Shown here piece by piece: positions 62,937 through 64,000 of a stretch of 64,000 bases of DNA. The notes beneath the pieces are model-generated. The model did not search any database and was not told the DNA's origin. It worked only from the letters and a program-made list of their open reading frames with translations. Source of the stretch: an uncultured Holophagales bacterium (GTDB lineage: Bacteria; Acidobacteriota; Thermoanaerobaculia; Multivoradales; UBA5704); assembly GCA_963842525.1 (NCBI GenBank), contig CAWJGT010000020.1, forward strand, positions 32,001 through 96,000. The letters are read 5' to 3'. The first letter of the stretch is position 1, and each line of letters opens with the position of its first letter. A program made the position numbers and the translations under genes.

Positions 62937-63307
62937 ATTTCTTTGCATGAAAGGATAGCGAGCTCCAGGATGGACGTTGCGGGCCGCGAGGATCTTGCCG
63001 TCGTCCGCTGCCGCTGCCGGTTCTCCCTCTCCCGGTCGGTGGGGGGCAATAGGAGAGAGAGCCAGGGGGCGTGCATGAGGTCCACCGCGGATCAACCAAG
63101 GGTCTCCTGGCAGTCGACCGGTCCGTTCTCTCACTTGCCGCAGTCAGAGCGGGCGACCCAAATGGCGGTGTTTCGGGGATGTGGAGCGTCGGGTGCAGGG
63201 CGGGACGGTACTTCAAGGGCGGGATCATCGCGGTCTTCTTCCGAGAGAAGCACGAGCGTCCGCTTCCGCCGAGAATCCTCTGGCACCTCAAAGGCCGGAA
63301 AGTCACC

Positions 63308-63424
63308 CCCTGGGACCGCGGGCGTCCCGCCCGCACAGGCTCCCAGCGACCGTTGTGTTGCCGGAAAGCCTGTGGCGGCCCCAAAGCCCGTGGAGGGCGG
63401 GCGAGACGCCCCGCGATCCCAGGG
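63308..63424. repeat. Palindromic element family C, intergenic two-armed copy
   Basis: Left arm 63308-63335 is identical to 18262-18289; degenerate right arm at 63397-63424. Confidence 0.92.
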
Positions 63425-63611
63425 AAAAACAAGCTAGCTCATGCGCCCGGGGTGCCTTTCTGCTCCAGGAGCGCCTCCAGGTTCTGCAACGAGTGCCAGG
63501 CGATTCTCTGGCGATTCTCTGGATCTGTGGGGCCGACCGGGCAACCGGCCGGGTCTACCCGATTCTCCGGCGGCGTATTGCAGTGAAGTACGCCGCCGCG
63601 GTAAACCCGGA

Positions 63612-63908
63612 TTAGCGATAATTCTGATAGGATGGGAGTCTCGTCCAACGCGCCAGTCTGAGCTTGGGCAGGATCTGGGTCAACAGCTCCTCGATCTCGC
63701 GGGGCGGCTTCTCAAGCTGATTGGGATCTCTCGCCTTCACCCGGTCTCGATGGCGCTCGAGTTCGACCGCAGTCGCGAGAGCCGCATCCACCGCCTCCCT
63801 TTCCTCTTCGGGAACAAGGTCGGACAGCTCCTGGATCAACGCCTTGAACTGGTAAGAGCGGAGGGCTGGATAGAGGTCGGAGGGTTTGACGTCCGGGAAC
63901 CAGAGCAC
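63612..63908 (-). CDS. Hypothetical helical protein, possibly the 3' end of a frameshifted gene running off the window
   Basis: Protein-like composition (KALIQELSDLVPEEEREAVDAAL); no recognised motif. Confidence 0.4.
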   Translation of the reverse strand: MLWFPDVKPSDLYPALRSYQFKALIQELSDLVPEEEREAVDAALATAVELERHRDRVKARDPNQLEKPPREIEELLTQILPKLRLARWTRLPSYQNYR

Positions 63909-64000
63909 GTTTTGGTATGTCGTCGGCGTCTGCCACCCGATCTGCTGGTTTTCATCGAGGGCACGCTCGAACGTCGCCAGGCGTGACGCGATCTCGCGAT

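Overview
High-GC bacterial DNA; the lineage is a guess from gene content (possibly Acidobacteriota/Thermoanaerobaculia). Bases 1-32.7 kb hold three genes of a hybrid NRPS/PKS assembly line: a partial A-T gene, a KS-ACP-C-A-T-C-A-T gene with no AT domain, and a 7-module NRPS with no thioesterase. About nine frameshift sites break these genes and look like sequencing indels. Bases 33-64 kb carry an AAA/PD-(D/E)XK gene, suhB, an M23 peptidase with a bactofilin-like neighbour, mtnP-surE-pcm-acyP-apt, tRNA-Arg(CCT), a TPR protein, a nucleoside phosphorylase, a NUDIX hydrolase, a CheB/CheR plus TonB-receptor/YfiR signalling cluster, miaA-hfq, a decayed vapBC pair, dnaE, a Uma2 nuclease and a 165-bp tandem array. 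The most striking signal is at least 11 copies of three unrelated families of GC-rich palindromic (REP/MITE-like) elements inside the NRPS/PKS coding sequence. Ten of the 11 are read through in frame. They recur at the same structural sites (just before the A3 motif of A domains, just after the HHxxxD motif of C domains, and in linkers) and often replace native sequence. One 28-bp arm also occurs unchanged in intergenic DNA at 63.3 kb. I saw no copies inside the housekeeping genes. Domain boundaries and substrate codes were read by eye and are approximate.
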